Shown: positions 13,890 through 25,932 of the stretch, in pieces | Position numbering within the stretch: the stretch's first letter is position 1 | How the letters are laid out: every line of letters starts with the position of its first letter | Source: Antedon mediterranea | Taxonomy: Eukaryota > Animalia > Echinodermata | Direction of reading: 5' to 3' | DNA length: 64,000 nucleotides | Assembly (NCBI RefSeq): GCF_964355755.1 | Contig: NC_092676.1 | Span: forward strand, 27,050,871-27,114,870 | Program-made: the position numbers and the translations under genes | Notes under the pieces: model-generated | The model's input: only the letters and a program-made list of their open reading frames with translations | Told to the model about the DNA's origin: nothing | Databases searched by the model: none

Positions 13890-14095
13890 CATTGACCGCT
13901 ACTGACCAGCTGAGTGGTCAGCTAATTGTATAGCCTCAGGGTGCAGTTGTCTGGACAACCTGCCTGTAGATATGGGTCAAGGTAATATATACATTGATAG
14001 GATATTATTGACCGTTTGACCCACATAAAGAGGATATTGCAATGGTCAATGTTTTGTTATGATGGATACAAAATGAACCGTGACCTTTTGACCTG
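13890..14095. promoter_or_regulatory. Cluster of nuclear-receptor half-sites, including a RORE/RevDR2-like site and a perfect DR2
   Basis: Minus strand TTATGT-GGGTCA-aa-CGGTCA (14009-14028) and AGGTCA-aa-AGGTCA (14081-14094); further GGTCA cores at 13893, 13904, 13916, 13975, 14044. Confidence 0.55.
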
Positions 14096-17082
14096 GTTGG
14101 TTGTGTAGTTTCATATACATAGTAGTAGTGTATAGCAATAGAAGCGGAAGAACACAAGTAAAGACTGGATCATTACGTATGTACAGTATATGAATGATGA
14201 TAATTGATATGGTAGCCATTTTTATCAAAGAAAATAAGGATCATTTGGATCATAGCAAAAATTCTAACTATGCAAGTTCTCAAATTAATATTAACATTTA
14301 TAGCAACAATCATATTGAGATTAATGCTTTAGTTTTTGTTTGATTATAAAACATAAATTTCAAAACTAGCTTTTTAAAATAATATTTATATAAAATAATA
14401 TTTATATAAAATAATATTTACAAATAATTTAATCATTTATTGTATATTTATTTCCTTTATAGATTAATTGTTTAAATTTATACAGTGCAAAATAAAAAAG
14501 ATTTTTTAAAAACAAAAATCAAATTTCATGACAAAAGAATAGAAATAGAAAATTAATAATCAATATTTTAAATTATTGCACAACGGACACTTTGAAAAAA
14601 CATGAAAGGTATGCAAATTGTACGACAGGCGAAGGTCACATTGCGTCTTCAAATTACATATTTTATCAAGACAACATTCGCACTTGACCTTAAATTTGAA
14701 AATGAACCTCAGCAGGCTTTCAATGGCCGCTGTAGCGAATGCTCCATAGCGAACGACCAAATACGGTATAAAAAACATGAGCAGGTGAAAGGTTATGCGA
14801 TTATAATTTAAATATTGAGTAGGACATGTTTTGTATGGGTAACCAAATATCATCTGGGTCATTAAATAATACGATAACGCATAACTGAATGCGGTGTTTA
14901 TGAATGTTTCTTCGGTTTTTTTGTGTAGTTTCTGTACTTTTAACCTTGGAAGTTACAATAAGCTACCCTGGTAATGGCTGAAAAATTATGCGTAGGTTGT
15001 GACTCTCGTTGTTTGTGAACAATTACGGCACATGTTTATAGAAATGATAAAAATAATAATAATAAGGTTGAAAGTTCTTTAGGGGTTGATAACCTTCAAA
15101 TGTAAGTTCTATGGTTCGAATCACAATAAATGTTTTTAAATAATATTTGTGTTTTATTTTACCTTGTGTATTAAAATAATGTTGCACATAGATCTTTTAA
15201 ATGATGTATGTAAGTCAGTTTTAAGAAGACAAAAATTTGGTTTTATTACTGAATGAATAAAACATATTTTCTCGAAAGTATTTACATCATCGGTTCAAAA
15301 ATTGTAAAAATGTTAGCGCCTTCTAGAATACAAGAAGTTAAATGACCTCGTGATTAAAAATAACTCAACAGTATTAAACAAATATTATGACATTGGGAGA
15401 ATTTTAAATTCAAGGTCTCCTAACAAAAAGGTAACCCCATAAGGTAACGCACATTATATTCCAACAATACAAGGCCACGGCAAATAGTAATTCTAACTCT
15501 AACGTCTATCGACATTCACAATGAAAGTTACACTGTGTAAAACCATGTACACGTTATTAACAAGGTAAGAGCATATATTAAAAAGCTGCTCCGATGGGAA
15601 TTTTTTATCGTTGAAAAAAGCCAGATATTTTTTTCCATCGTTGCTCTAATAATTGCTTCAGTTTTATTTTCTTCCATGTAATTTTCTTAGCGGATTGAGA
15701 AATATTGTAAGAATTCCCCGAAGGGGCAACATAAGTGGAAAGTTATTATACAATGGAGCAGTTCGGTTCAAATTTTATATTACATTTTAATGGAATTCTT
15801 ATAGAAAAAAAATCAAATGTGCATAAAATAAATGTCACATGTAAAAACTAAAACAGAGCGATCTTATGACATTGTAATGTGAAATTTTCTTATTTCATCA
15901 AATGTCTTTCATATATTGAAAATAAAGTTTTTAAAGTAGTTAAATAACTATAAAATTGCATAATTTTATTCTTATTTTTCTAATTGTTATCTATTGTGAT
16001 CTAGCGAGTTAACTTTCTTCAACATAAGTACTGTAATTTGTATTTGGATTATTGAATAAAAATGGTTAAAATCTGCATTTAAAAAGCCAAGACAAATTAC
16101 AGAAAATTTATATTATTTTATGTTTTAATTTCATAGTTCAAAGTACACTTAACCTAAATATAAACTCTAATAAATAAATCATAAAATAATATACTTTATT
16201 CTTTAATAAATACATATATAGTTATTAACAATTGTGAGATACAGTAATATCAATGTGTTCCAATTAATTTTAATTCAATTTAGTGTGTTTATTTGGCGGT
16301 GAACTTACAATAAAGTTCATTTTGCAGTCTTTTTGTCTCCTTCTGCGGTCGTTATTTTTGAAATTTTGCAGTTTAACAACCATTAACATAGGAATTGATA
16401 AATATATAATGATGATCTTCAACAAAATGTGTAATAGTTTACAAATTAAAACATTGTTTTATACTATTGCCTAACAGACAACTGAGTTTTTGCTAAGAAT
16501 TTGTATTTTAAACTTGAAAAGGTCATCCTAGATTGAGAGCAGAAAAAGGAGTTCAAACAACTTGTCAGACGAGGTTTATAAAAAAAACCTGATTTTAACT
16601 TTAACACAGAATTCAACCTGCTAGGCAATCTTACCAATATAGATTTGACAACTTTTATAACTTATTAAAATAATGATTATTATGCATTATAAAAATATAT
16701 ACTCATGTAATTCAAAATAGTGAAAAATAAAAACACAAAAAATCATTTATTGAGCCAAGATTACGAATCTTAAATTATGAAGAATCTTAAATTATCAAGA
16801 ACCATAGCCAGAACAAATAAATAGAGATGTACCGTAATGTTTAGATGTGACAGATGAAGATTACACAAATAAAACAAACATCATATCCCTTAGGTTTTAA
16901 ATATGCACGCTTCTAGTCAGAGCTTCAATTCGCCGTTTGTCTCCACTGAGAGATTCTCGTCTTTTACATTAACAGAAAAAATAATCAAGAAATGTATAGC
17001 CAAAGGTTTAGTAGACAGACAAATGAAATATCTATTTAGTTTTTGGTTTTATTTTATGAAATGTACAAACTACAGCTGCTAT

Positions 17083-17358
17083 ACAACTGTTTAAAAGCTA
17101 TGGACAGCCAATGTTGACAAAAATACTGTATGAAAGACTATAAAATGCATGCCATATAGAACAAATAGATTACAAACAGAACACAGGAACAGTTTATACA
17201 TAATTATTAAAACTTGGTCAATTTAGGCTTTTAACTTTCAAAAAAATGTTTACTGAGCATGCTCAATAATAATTCCTATAACCTGATGTTACTGCCATGT
17301 ATTTGTCTTGTACACAAATTTTGTCTATTTTGACTGTCCATAGTTTTTAGACAGCTGT
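17083..17358. mobile_element. MITE with ~40-bp imperfect TIRs
   Basis: acaactgtttaaaagctatggacagccaatgttgacaaaa versus the reverse complement of ttttgtctattttgactgtccatagtttttagacagctgt; central palindrome tgagcatgctca. Confidence 0.7.
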
Positions 17359-17501
17359 CAATACATGCACTCGTTAACTTAAATCATTAGAATCAAATCT
17401 AAAATCTATCAGCAGTCTATTCAAATCTTAAGTTACATTTATTTTAAGGTTTGATTAGTTGATATATGCTTCATGTTTTATTTAAAAACCATATAGGCCT
17501 A

Positions 17502-18319
17502 CAGTATATTTCGGTGTATAAGTCGCACCCCCTAACTGAGAGTAAAATATCGGTATTTCTTATATCGTAGATGTATAAGACGCACTTTATATTTCATCAA
17601 AACAATGTTTTTTTAAATTGTAATCAATATTATTGTAATAATATATTTTGTTATATCTACAACAGCGTCCTTTTTTAGGTTTTTCTTACCTAGGCTCGGC
17701 CGCGCCCAGCCTCAACAAGTTGTTTCTAACTTGTTATCCATGAGTTTCGCACCCGCAACATCGATTGCATGACCGTGTGTGTAACACGCACGTGTGTGGA
17801 CTAGCCTCGCTCGATCATTTCGAGAGGGCGCACGTTTTCACGGACAATTGTATTTGATTAGTATCTATGTATCCGAGAAGTGTGTACGCTAGGTCCATGC
17901 TATAATCACCTGGAGAATATACTAGTCGAATACCGTACATGTGGCCGCCAAGAAGGGCTTGCGCTGGGGGTACAGCGGTCGGCGATCGTGCGTATAACTA
18001 TAAATAAATACTATTCCAATCGTAAACGTTTACAAATGAAATTTTATCGGAGCGCCTAAAACAGCTCCATAATAAACAAATCTTTTCATCATATTTAGTA
18101 TAACATCACGCTAAAATGCCTTGAAAACTAGGAAGAAGCAGGTTGCCGTTACGTTTAGTACACTGTAGCTAGGCCTAGCCTACTCAGGCCTAGCCAACGA
18201 GGTGACGATATGTACACTCTGTGTGGTGAGGCATTTATGTTCGGTGTATTAAGACGCACCCTTAATTTAGAGGTCAAATTTGCGTGTCAAAAGTGCGACT
18301 TATACACCGAAATATACGG
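17502..18319. mobile_element. Non-autonomous pogo/Tc2-like DNA transposon, 818 bp
   Basis: 27-bp TIRs c(a/c)gtatatttcggtgtataagtcgcac with 1 mismatch; TA on both flanks; subterminal copies of tgtat(t)aagacgcac at about 17572 and 18246; no transposase ORF. Confidence 0.9.
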
Positions 18320-20649
18320 TACCTGTATTTACATTTAAAGATGTATCACAAACTTTAAATGTATCAATAAAGCAAATGATATACAGGCTTAAAATTAAGC
18401 CAATAGAATTAAAGATACATTTATTTTTTATAAAACTATTATTGAAGTAATCATTTTACATTTCACTGTGTAATAGTATTTTCAACAATTCTTCAAAACA
18501 TTTAAATGACTTAAGTATGTTTTAAGATTGATTCAGGTTGATATTTTTTTTATTTGACAACTGACAAATTGATTTTTGATCAGCCTATATGAGTAACTTG
18601 ACTTTTACCTATATAAACCGCCAGAAAAGAAACCCATCATGTCAAGTACAAAATATGTCAACTGATGACGGCCAATGACCGCTCTCAATTACATACGCAT
18701 CCCTGATTCTTTAATTACCTAGGTCAGAAAAATCAGAAAACATTCAGTATTTTCATGTGATTTCTTCAAACATATGATGAATTTTTCTTCATCTGATCCC
18801 AACAAAATCATCCCAGATGGTCAGTGAACACGTGTTGAAGCCTAGCGCAGTTCACGACCTACCGTCTCCCATGAGATGTGTCTTATTCTTTCCAATCTGT
18901 TAAATGTTGGGTTTGAATTATAAATCTAACTAGAGACAGACTTTTAAGTGCAGCCAGAAGAGCAGCTGTATTATCTACCCATGTTAGATTAATCAATGAT
19001 ACCTCCTATCTCACAGGAGTTCCCCCAATTCACAACAATCAAGGCGATAGTATAACTGACCTCTAACATAAGCTCAAACAAGTTTTATTTAGTGATTCAA
19101 CAAAGTTAATTTTCTTGTAGAAATCTCAAGGGCAGTTGATTAAAACTTTGAATAGATGTAGGTCTGGAGTGTGCCTTTGAAATAACTTTTCAATTATATT
19201 TACAATTGAATATGCTAAAACGTAACTTGAAAACATGTGTTCTTGCACATATTGAAGGCAGTAAAAACAACAGTAAAGTGATAATATTTTTATTTTTGTA
19301 CAATACCTGTAGTACAATATTTCTAAAATTCTTTTTTAATACAATTATCTTTTTTGTCATACTAATAAATTACAATAATTTGAGAAAATCTTCAGATCAA
19401 TTTTAGTAAAAGTTAAAAATTCATTTTGGGTAAAATTAACATTTCTTAAGAAATATTTCATTAAATTAACAAAGTGAAAATGATTATATAATATTAATCC
19501 CAAAATGTATTAGAGAGCCCTCTATCTATTGAAAATGAAAATATCTTTTTTAAAATATGAAATACTATACGTCTGGGGTTTTTTGGTTTTCAATCACAAA
19601 TGTAAATCATGAAAACTGTACCAAGTGCTGAAGGTACAAACACATCCCTTCAAAAGTTTTATTAAAAAAATGATTCTGAACGTTTTAAGTTACTTTGCCT
19701 AGGTCAACATTCTTTAATTTAAATCCACCCCCTTCCCATACAATATATCCGTACTAAATTTCTGTTTCCAAAGGATTGTACTAACTTCTAGTATGTTTAG
19801 TATCTATGATCACTGTCATCTCACGACCTACCTACTAATTTATCAGTCCTAGTTGAATATATGTTCAATTGATTACCCGGTCTAATAGAAATAAAACAAG
19901 CTAGAGAATACAAAAGTCAACAGCATGAGATGGATAGGCCCGTCTGACAAGGTATCTTTCACTCTGGCAGTAATAATTGATAAAGATGTGTACAGAATTT
20001 TACGCTACGGTTTTCTGCGCAATTTGTCATTTTAATCACGCAAAGATAAAACGAACATGCGTCTGAAACGAAAGTGTTCTACAGAAAGAATGTAACCATC
20101 AATCTTACGTTGGTTTTTATCTGACGAGAAATATACGAGTTGTATTATTGTATACAAGTCTGAAGTGAAATTGAATCCATAAAGAGCCGAGTTAGATGAT
20201 TAATCTCTACATATGATCGGACATCTCAGACGTGGACAATTCATCTAAACTTTGGACAATTTATCTTAAACCGTTGACCGTTTGTTTTCACTGCTCAGTG
20301 ACAGGCAATCAAATTATTATTCTCACTACAATAAATAGTATGACTTATGTACAGTGAAATTTTACAGCTTTATTGGAAGCGTGTCATAAGATAAAAATGC
20401 CGCCAAAACCAGCATAGATGGACACTGGAAATGAAGACAGAAACAAGTCTGGGATGCTACGCTTTCTTTTGTATGTACAATGTAATTCTTTTATATATAT
20501 AAGCAACGATCAAAAACCAAATTTTCTGCAAAGCCAACACTTTAACATTGTCGCCTTGTTAGAAGCATGTGATACCATAAAAATGCCGCCAAAACCAATA
20601 GATGGACCCTGGAAATGAAGATAGAAACAAGTCTGGGATACTAAATTTT

Positions 20650-20873
20650 TCTTTATTATTTGTATTTTGTATTTTGTATTAATATTTGTCCTCAGTAAGG
20701 AAATTCGGATTAGGCCCTCCACGGACCCACGGCAATCAGCAGTGCAGCGCCTACCAGATTAGGCAATGAGAGTAAAGCATCTTGCCTAAGGATGCAATTA
20801 GTATGGTACAGATAACCTCGAACCCATGCCTATCACATGCTAGTCCGATATTACCATTACACCATCACTCTCC
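20650..20873 (-). mobile_element. tRNA-derived SINE body with CORE-like motif and (AATACAA)n tail
   Basis: Minus strand: A box TGGTGTAATGG, B box GGTTCGA, then gcatccttaggcaagatgctttactctc, then an A-rich tandem tail. Confidence 0.75.
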
Positions 20874-20876
20874 AGT

Positions 20877-20996
20877 ATATACAGCACCCGCCACGATTTC
20901 TAGACGGTCTCCCATCCAGAACGCAACCGGGCCCAACGTTGCTTAACTTCGGTGATCTGACGAGAACCGGTGTTTCAACGCAGTATGGCCGTATGT
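20877..20996 (-). pseudogene. Full-length diverged 5S rRNA copy (pseudogene or SINE head)
   Basis: Minus strand catacggccatac..caccggttctcgtcagatcaccgaagttaagcaacgttgggcccgg...tggatgggagaccg...gggtgctgta matches metazoan 5S; the conserved TTAGTACT is altered and there is no oligo-T terminator. Confidence 0.9.
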
Positions 20997-21274
20997 ATAT
21001 AAGTATAACAGTCAACAACCACATTTTCTGCAAAGCCAACACTTATTAACATTGGCGCGTTATATATTAAAGCATCCGGATAGGAGTACATTCAAACGGA
21101 CAGACAGTTCCATGTTTGTATAGATAATCACTAACTAATATTGACATTCATTGACTGCAAAACAGATGGTAACAGCACATTCGTATGATACTCATGTAAC
21201 TTATACTATACATGAATCATGCTATATAAACATTGAAAGGTCAATTGTCACATTATTAATGTGCAGGTTTATGA

Positions 21275-21370
21275 TGACATGGTAACAAGTGTTATAGTTA
21301 CAGGTGTCCTGGCTATAGGTGCCATAGTTACAGTTGCCTTGGTTACCGATTCACTGATTGTCATGGAAAC
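21275..21370. repeat. Degenerate 15-bp minisatellite (gtgccatagttacag-like, about 5 units)
   Basis: gacatggtaacaag tgttatagttacagg tgtcctggctatagg tgccatagttacagt tgccttggttacc. Confidence 0.7.
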
Positions 21371-21569
21371 AAACTGTATTAGATGAGACTAATTAATAGT
21401 AATGTAAAATTACTATACTTAACTTTTTTATACAGTTTTTTATTTCTCCTTGCAAGAATAATTTCAAGATTGAACCAAAAATTTAGAAGGAAAGTATGCC
21501 AGGCCAGGCTTCAGTACCATTATTATGCAATCATTTTTTTAATAACCTTTAAATTTGACTAAAGTTTCA

Positions 21570-21711
21570 CAAGGCCGTAGCAAGAGGTTAAAAACTGACA
21601 AGGCAAAGATGCTTAAAAATACAATTATTAATATAAAATGTGACGATCTGTGCTTGAGGATTGGGTGTGGGTGGTGAAAATTGAAAATTTTAGATGCTGG
21701 CTACGGCCATG
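21570..21711. mobile_element. Small MITE remnant
   Basis: caaggccgtagcaag ... ctggctacggccatg, 15-bp TIR with 2 mismatches; no clear TSD. Confidence 0.55.
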
Positions 21712-22020
21712 ATTCAATTTTTAAAAAAGAGCATTTAGACTAAGTATAGATTAATAACGCTTGTACTTTCTTAAGATAAATAATATCTTAATAAATAAAG
21801 TAAAACAACTTTAATGTTCATTACCTTGAACTCATTAACCCATAAAGATTTTATGATGACTAAAATGCCTTGCATCTTTAGTAAAGAAATTAATGACCAT
21901 GTCCCAAAATCACAACGTAAATCATGAAGAATTACACTAAACGCAGGATATAATTTCATTAAATTATTTAAAAATTCGCCATCAGGCTGGCTTTTCACAC
22001 CAATATATGTACCATTGATC

Positions 22021-22023
<3 letters not shown>

Positions 22024-22054
<31 letters not shown>
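22024..22054. repeat. (TA)n microsatellite
   Basis: Direct observation; another at about 28063-28086. Confidence 0.95.
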
Positions 22055-22057
<3 letters not shown>

Positions 22058-25000
22058 TAATACTAAAAATGTTCGTATTCGCTCTCGTTTATCATTTATC
22101 AGACGCCATGGATCAGGGGGAAATCAAGTCATCTCGATCGATTAGTTTCAAAACATTGAACTTAGTTGGCTTAGAGTAAGAAGTGCTTGCCGTCGAGAAA
22201 TAATCACACCTCACAGAATCGGAGTTATGAAGAGCATTATAGAATCACGAGCAAGTGAGTATCTAAAATGGCTTCGGATAATTCTATGTGGCTTAATCGT
22301 TAATGCAGCCGATCTAAGAGTCTATGGCTGCTCTTAATCTAGATCAGTTCTTCTCGCTCAATCGTTCACGGTAGGTTTGTTGAACTATGAACTTTGGAGA
22401 AGAGGTCAGGAGCAGACGGACGACCCAAATTAAGTAACCAACGGAATGATTGCTAATCACTTCCCCAGGGACACTGGAGTTTAGATTTTAAATGTGATAA
22501 TGTTTGAGAAATTGAACTTTTTTTTAAATCGGAACAAAAACAAATTGCATGAATAAGAATGAGATACTGACTTAATAACATTGGTTAATACGTCACTGTA
22601 ATATTTAGTACGCAATTTATAAAAATCATTACTATCACAAATAATGTGTTTATCCACAAATTCTGATATTAAAGTATGAATATTTTTGTTTAAATAATAA
22701 TTTTAAAATTAATTAATTAACTAATTTTCAAATTTTAATGGATATCAGCAAAGAGGTAATCTCTCAATTAATTTTCCTTATTAAAAGTTCACATAGATAT
22801 CTTAATAAAGATATTAGTGTTGCCCACTGATTAATTTATTCATTTATTTGTTTATTTTACCAGGTCACCTGAGCCTATTATATACTTTATTCTCTCAAGC
22901 ATATAGCCTTACAATGAATCAAATAAACTGCACAGGTATATATATATATAAATAAAACAGTCTACTAACCCAAGGACAGCTGTCATATATATTTATTTTA
23001 TTTCATTTGTACTTTTTTGTCTGGTCATAAACTCAACCTTATGACATTATAGGCCTGTTTCTACTGGATAGCAATACTGAACCCAATTAAAATAATTTTT
23101 TTTAATTCAAAGATTTATTATCCCGCAAAAACATGAAAAAATTACCAAAATCAGACTTTGAATAGACCATTTTGTAGTTTTAATAAAGTTATTCACTTTT
23201 GGAAAACAAAAACAACAACAAAATTATTATTAGAAACTCGAAACAGGAAAAAGTTTTCAAATATTATCCACTTATATACACACATGATAGTTCCAATATA
23301 TTATAGTAACCTTTGACATCATTTTATTGGGTCTAAAGTATGCAAAAACAAAAATTATAAATGTACAAGCTGCCAAAGAATGTTGTACAAGGTAGTTAAA
23401 ACTTGTTATTGACATAAGTGAACTTTTTTTGGGATAAAAATATTTTGTTTTTGCATTTGAGATGGAGATGTTGGTAAACATTTTATTCCTAAAAGGGAAG
23501 AAAATAAATTAAAATATCAGTAGAAATTCAAACATAATTTAAAAGCCAATACAGATTTTTGAAAATGATATAATAAAACGTTCTCAATATGTCAATTTTA
23601 TTTTGGAGTTAAATTGTTCTCATTTTTGATATTCTGTATTCTGTTAAAAATGTTCCCATTTTAAAATTAACATTCTGTATTCCGATATAAAATGTCAAAT
23701 TATCTTAAAGTATGTATAGTTATATAAACTACGTATCCTACATATACACAACTAACATAGAGTATATTGTAATTTTGCATATAATTTATATACTTTCTTA
23801 TAAGTGTAATGTCAAAACTCATTACTCATCAATTGCATAAATACTATAAAATAAGTTTAACTATATAAATAGAAAATTCAATTTATGAACTTTAGCTTAA
23901 AAACAGCACATAATTATACAACTGGAATACAGGTTAATATTACTAATTTGCATAAAATTTGCATAATGCTCTTATCAGTCAATGTCAACATTAATTTTGT
24001 GGTGATAGTTTTGATGGTTCCAGACAATTAAGCTCGTCCATGTGTGAGCATAGAGTTAGCCTTGATACTGCGGTGTTTCATTGCTTCTTCATCTCATCAA
24101 CGGTAATCAAGAACGAGCCTTTGAAAACACTGTGACCACTCAGGCACGGAAAATGCATTCCGCCTCTCGACATCAAACGACTGAACGAGATCGGGAGCGC
24201 ACTTACTCAAACTACATTAATAAGAATTTAACGAGTATGTCATTTTTAAAACGCTCCCTAGTGATCGAAAAATAGTCAAAAGACCAGTGGTATCCCTTGC
24301 AATAGACCGATACTGATCGTAAGTCTAATTGCCGTCACAATTCATCCTATATTTACTGCAATTTATGGTTTTCTAAATGACGCAGAACACGAAGCGAAAA
24401 CAACCCACTTTTTTTTTCAAACTCACTTTCCTGTAGATAGACTTCAGTTCACGGCCAATGCCAACATCTTACATGACATTTCAAAAAAGTATATATAATA
24501 TTGCTATATTTATTAGGGAATGCCGAAAATAAATAATCAATTTTGGTTGACACATTATAATCTAATTAATCGTTAGTATATTGTATTCATTCAGCCAAAA
24601 TAATTTTTATTTATATTCAATAAGAGAATCCAGTGGTCCCTAGTCTTTAAGGACTGGTTCCTATACTGTTCATTTTGAATAATTTAAACAATACTAACAG
24701 GTCATTACAATTAAAAGGTTTATTTTATACCAGGATTGACAGAATTTGTAGTTTTTTGTGTTTAAATCCTGTAGAAATTCATTCTGAACAAATTATTTCA
24801 ATAGTAGGAAGTTATAATAAGTTGTATAAAACAGGTTTGGCCTTGTATAAAAATATATAATAATATATATATCTATGCTGGTACAATATACTGAGTTACA
24901 AATGTATAGATGATTTATATGTTAAATGCTCGTACATCATGAAAACTGCTGACCTGTTAAAGAACATTTGTTGGCATGGGGAGCAATAAAATGTTATGAC

Positions 25001-25657
25001 CCAAAAAGATCAACCTTCATCAACAATATAAGAGCTTTTCTAAATCCTAAAATTCTCTTTTTTAAAAACTACTGTATAACATTAGCCATCATGCTTTGAA
25101 TTAAAAAACAGTAATAATTTTACAAAAAAACATATTTGTAGATATTTATTATTTATTAAAAAATTATATAAATATTACGAAAATGAAGACCACCTAAGAT
25201 TATGCAGATATGATAAAATATTATATAATACATTTGAACATTTAATAACATTACAAATTACACCACACTGTGTTTATCTCTCTCTATCCTATCCACAAGA
25301 ACATAGAACTTACTCTGTCTATAAGAAATATAGCTTAATGAAATGCAAGATAGCACCAATACACATTCACAGAGATCAGAATTCAACAAACGACAATGTA
25401 TTGTGATATAATGGTTCCCCTTGTGGATGCAAGACTACTGATCTTTGCCAACAGAAACTATGAAGACAGAAATTGATAAATAAACATTTGTGGTTGTCTA
25501 TGTATAGAACACCAGCTTGTGGCCCTCTATGTACAAATGATTTACATAGGTTGTAGAGTATGAGTAAATTCAATCAAATAAACGTGTAGAATGTTTAAAA
25601 TGCAATATAACTGGATAAATCTACAAATTATATCTACTATGTAATGTAACATAGCTT

Positions 25658-25932
25658 ATGGTACACATACCCAAGTTGCAATTTGTCAGGGTACTGTACT
25701 GTACTGTAGCATCCCTGGTACACATACCCACGTACCAAAGGTGTAATTTGTCAGGGTTTTCAGCAGCCCTTGTACACATACCCAAGATGTCGGGGTACTG
25801 TACTTTAGCATCCCTCTGGTACACATATCCACGTACCAAAGTTGTAATTTGTCAGGGCCCTCAGCAGCCCTTGTACGGTACACATACCCAAGTTGTCAGG
25901 ATACTTCATCATTTGTCAGGGTACCGTACACA
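25658..25932. repeat. Compound minisatellite of alternating modules (gtacacataccca / aatttgtcaggg / tactgtac..tagcatccct / tcagcagcccttg)
   Basis: Higher-order period of about 110 bp; accounts for ORFs 25621-25945. Confidence 0.85.

Larger units (their letters stand above)
20391..21076. repeat. ~185-bp tandem duplication whose second copy is interrupted by the 5S-tRNA SINE
   Basis: 20391-20460 matches 20577-20642 (ataaaaatgccgccaaaacc...gaaacaagtctgggat); 20495-20568 matches 20995-21076 (attttctgcaaagccaacactt). Confidence 0.8.

Noticed and set aside
16903-17094. GC-richer segment as an upstream receptor exon
   Set aside because: No suitable minus-strand donor/acceptor pair with an open phase-1 frame.
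18661-18690. Third CTGATGA as a hammerhead
   Set aside because: No GAAA box after the putative stem II.
20877-20996. Functional 5S rRNA gene
   Set aside because: Substitutions in conserved positions, altered 3' region, no oligo-T terminator, single copy fused to a SINE.
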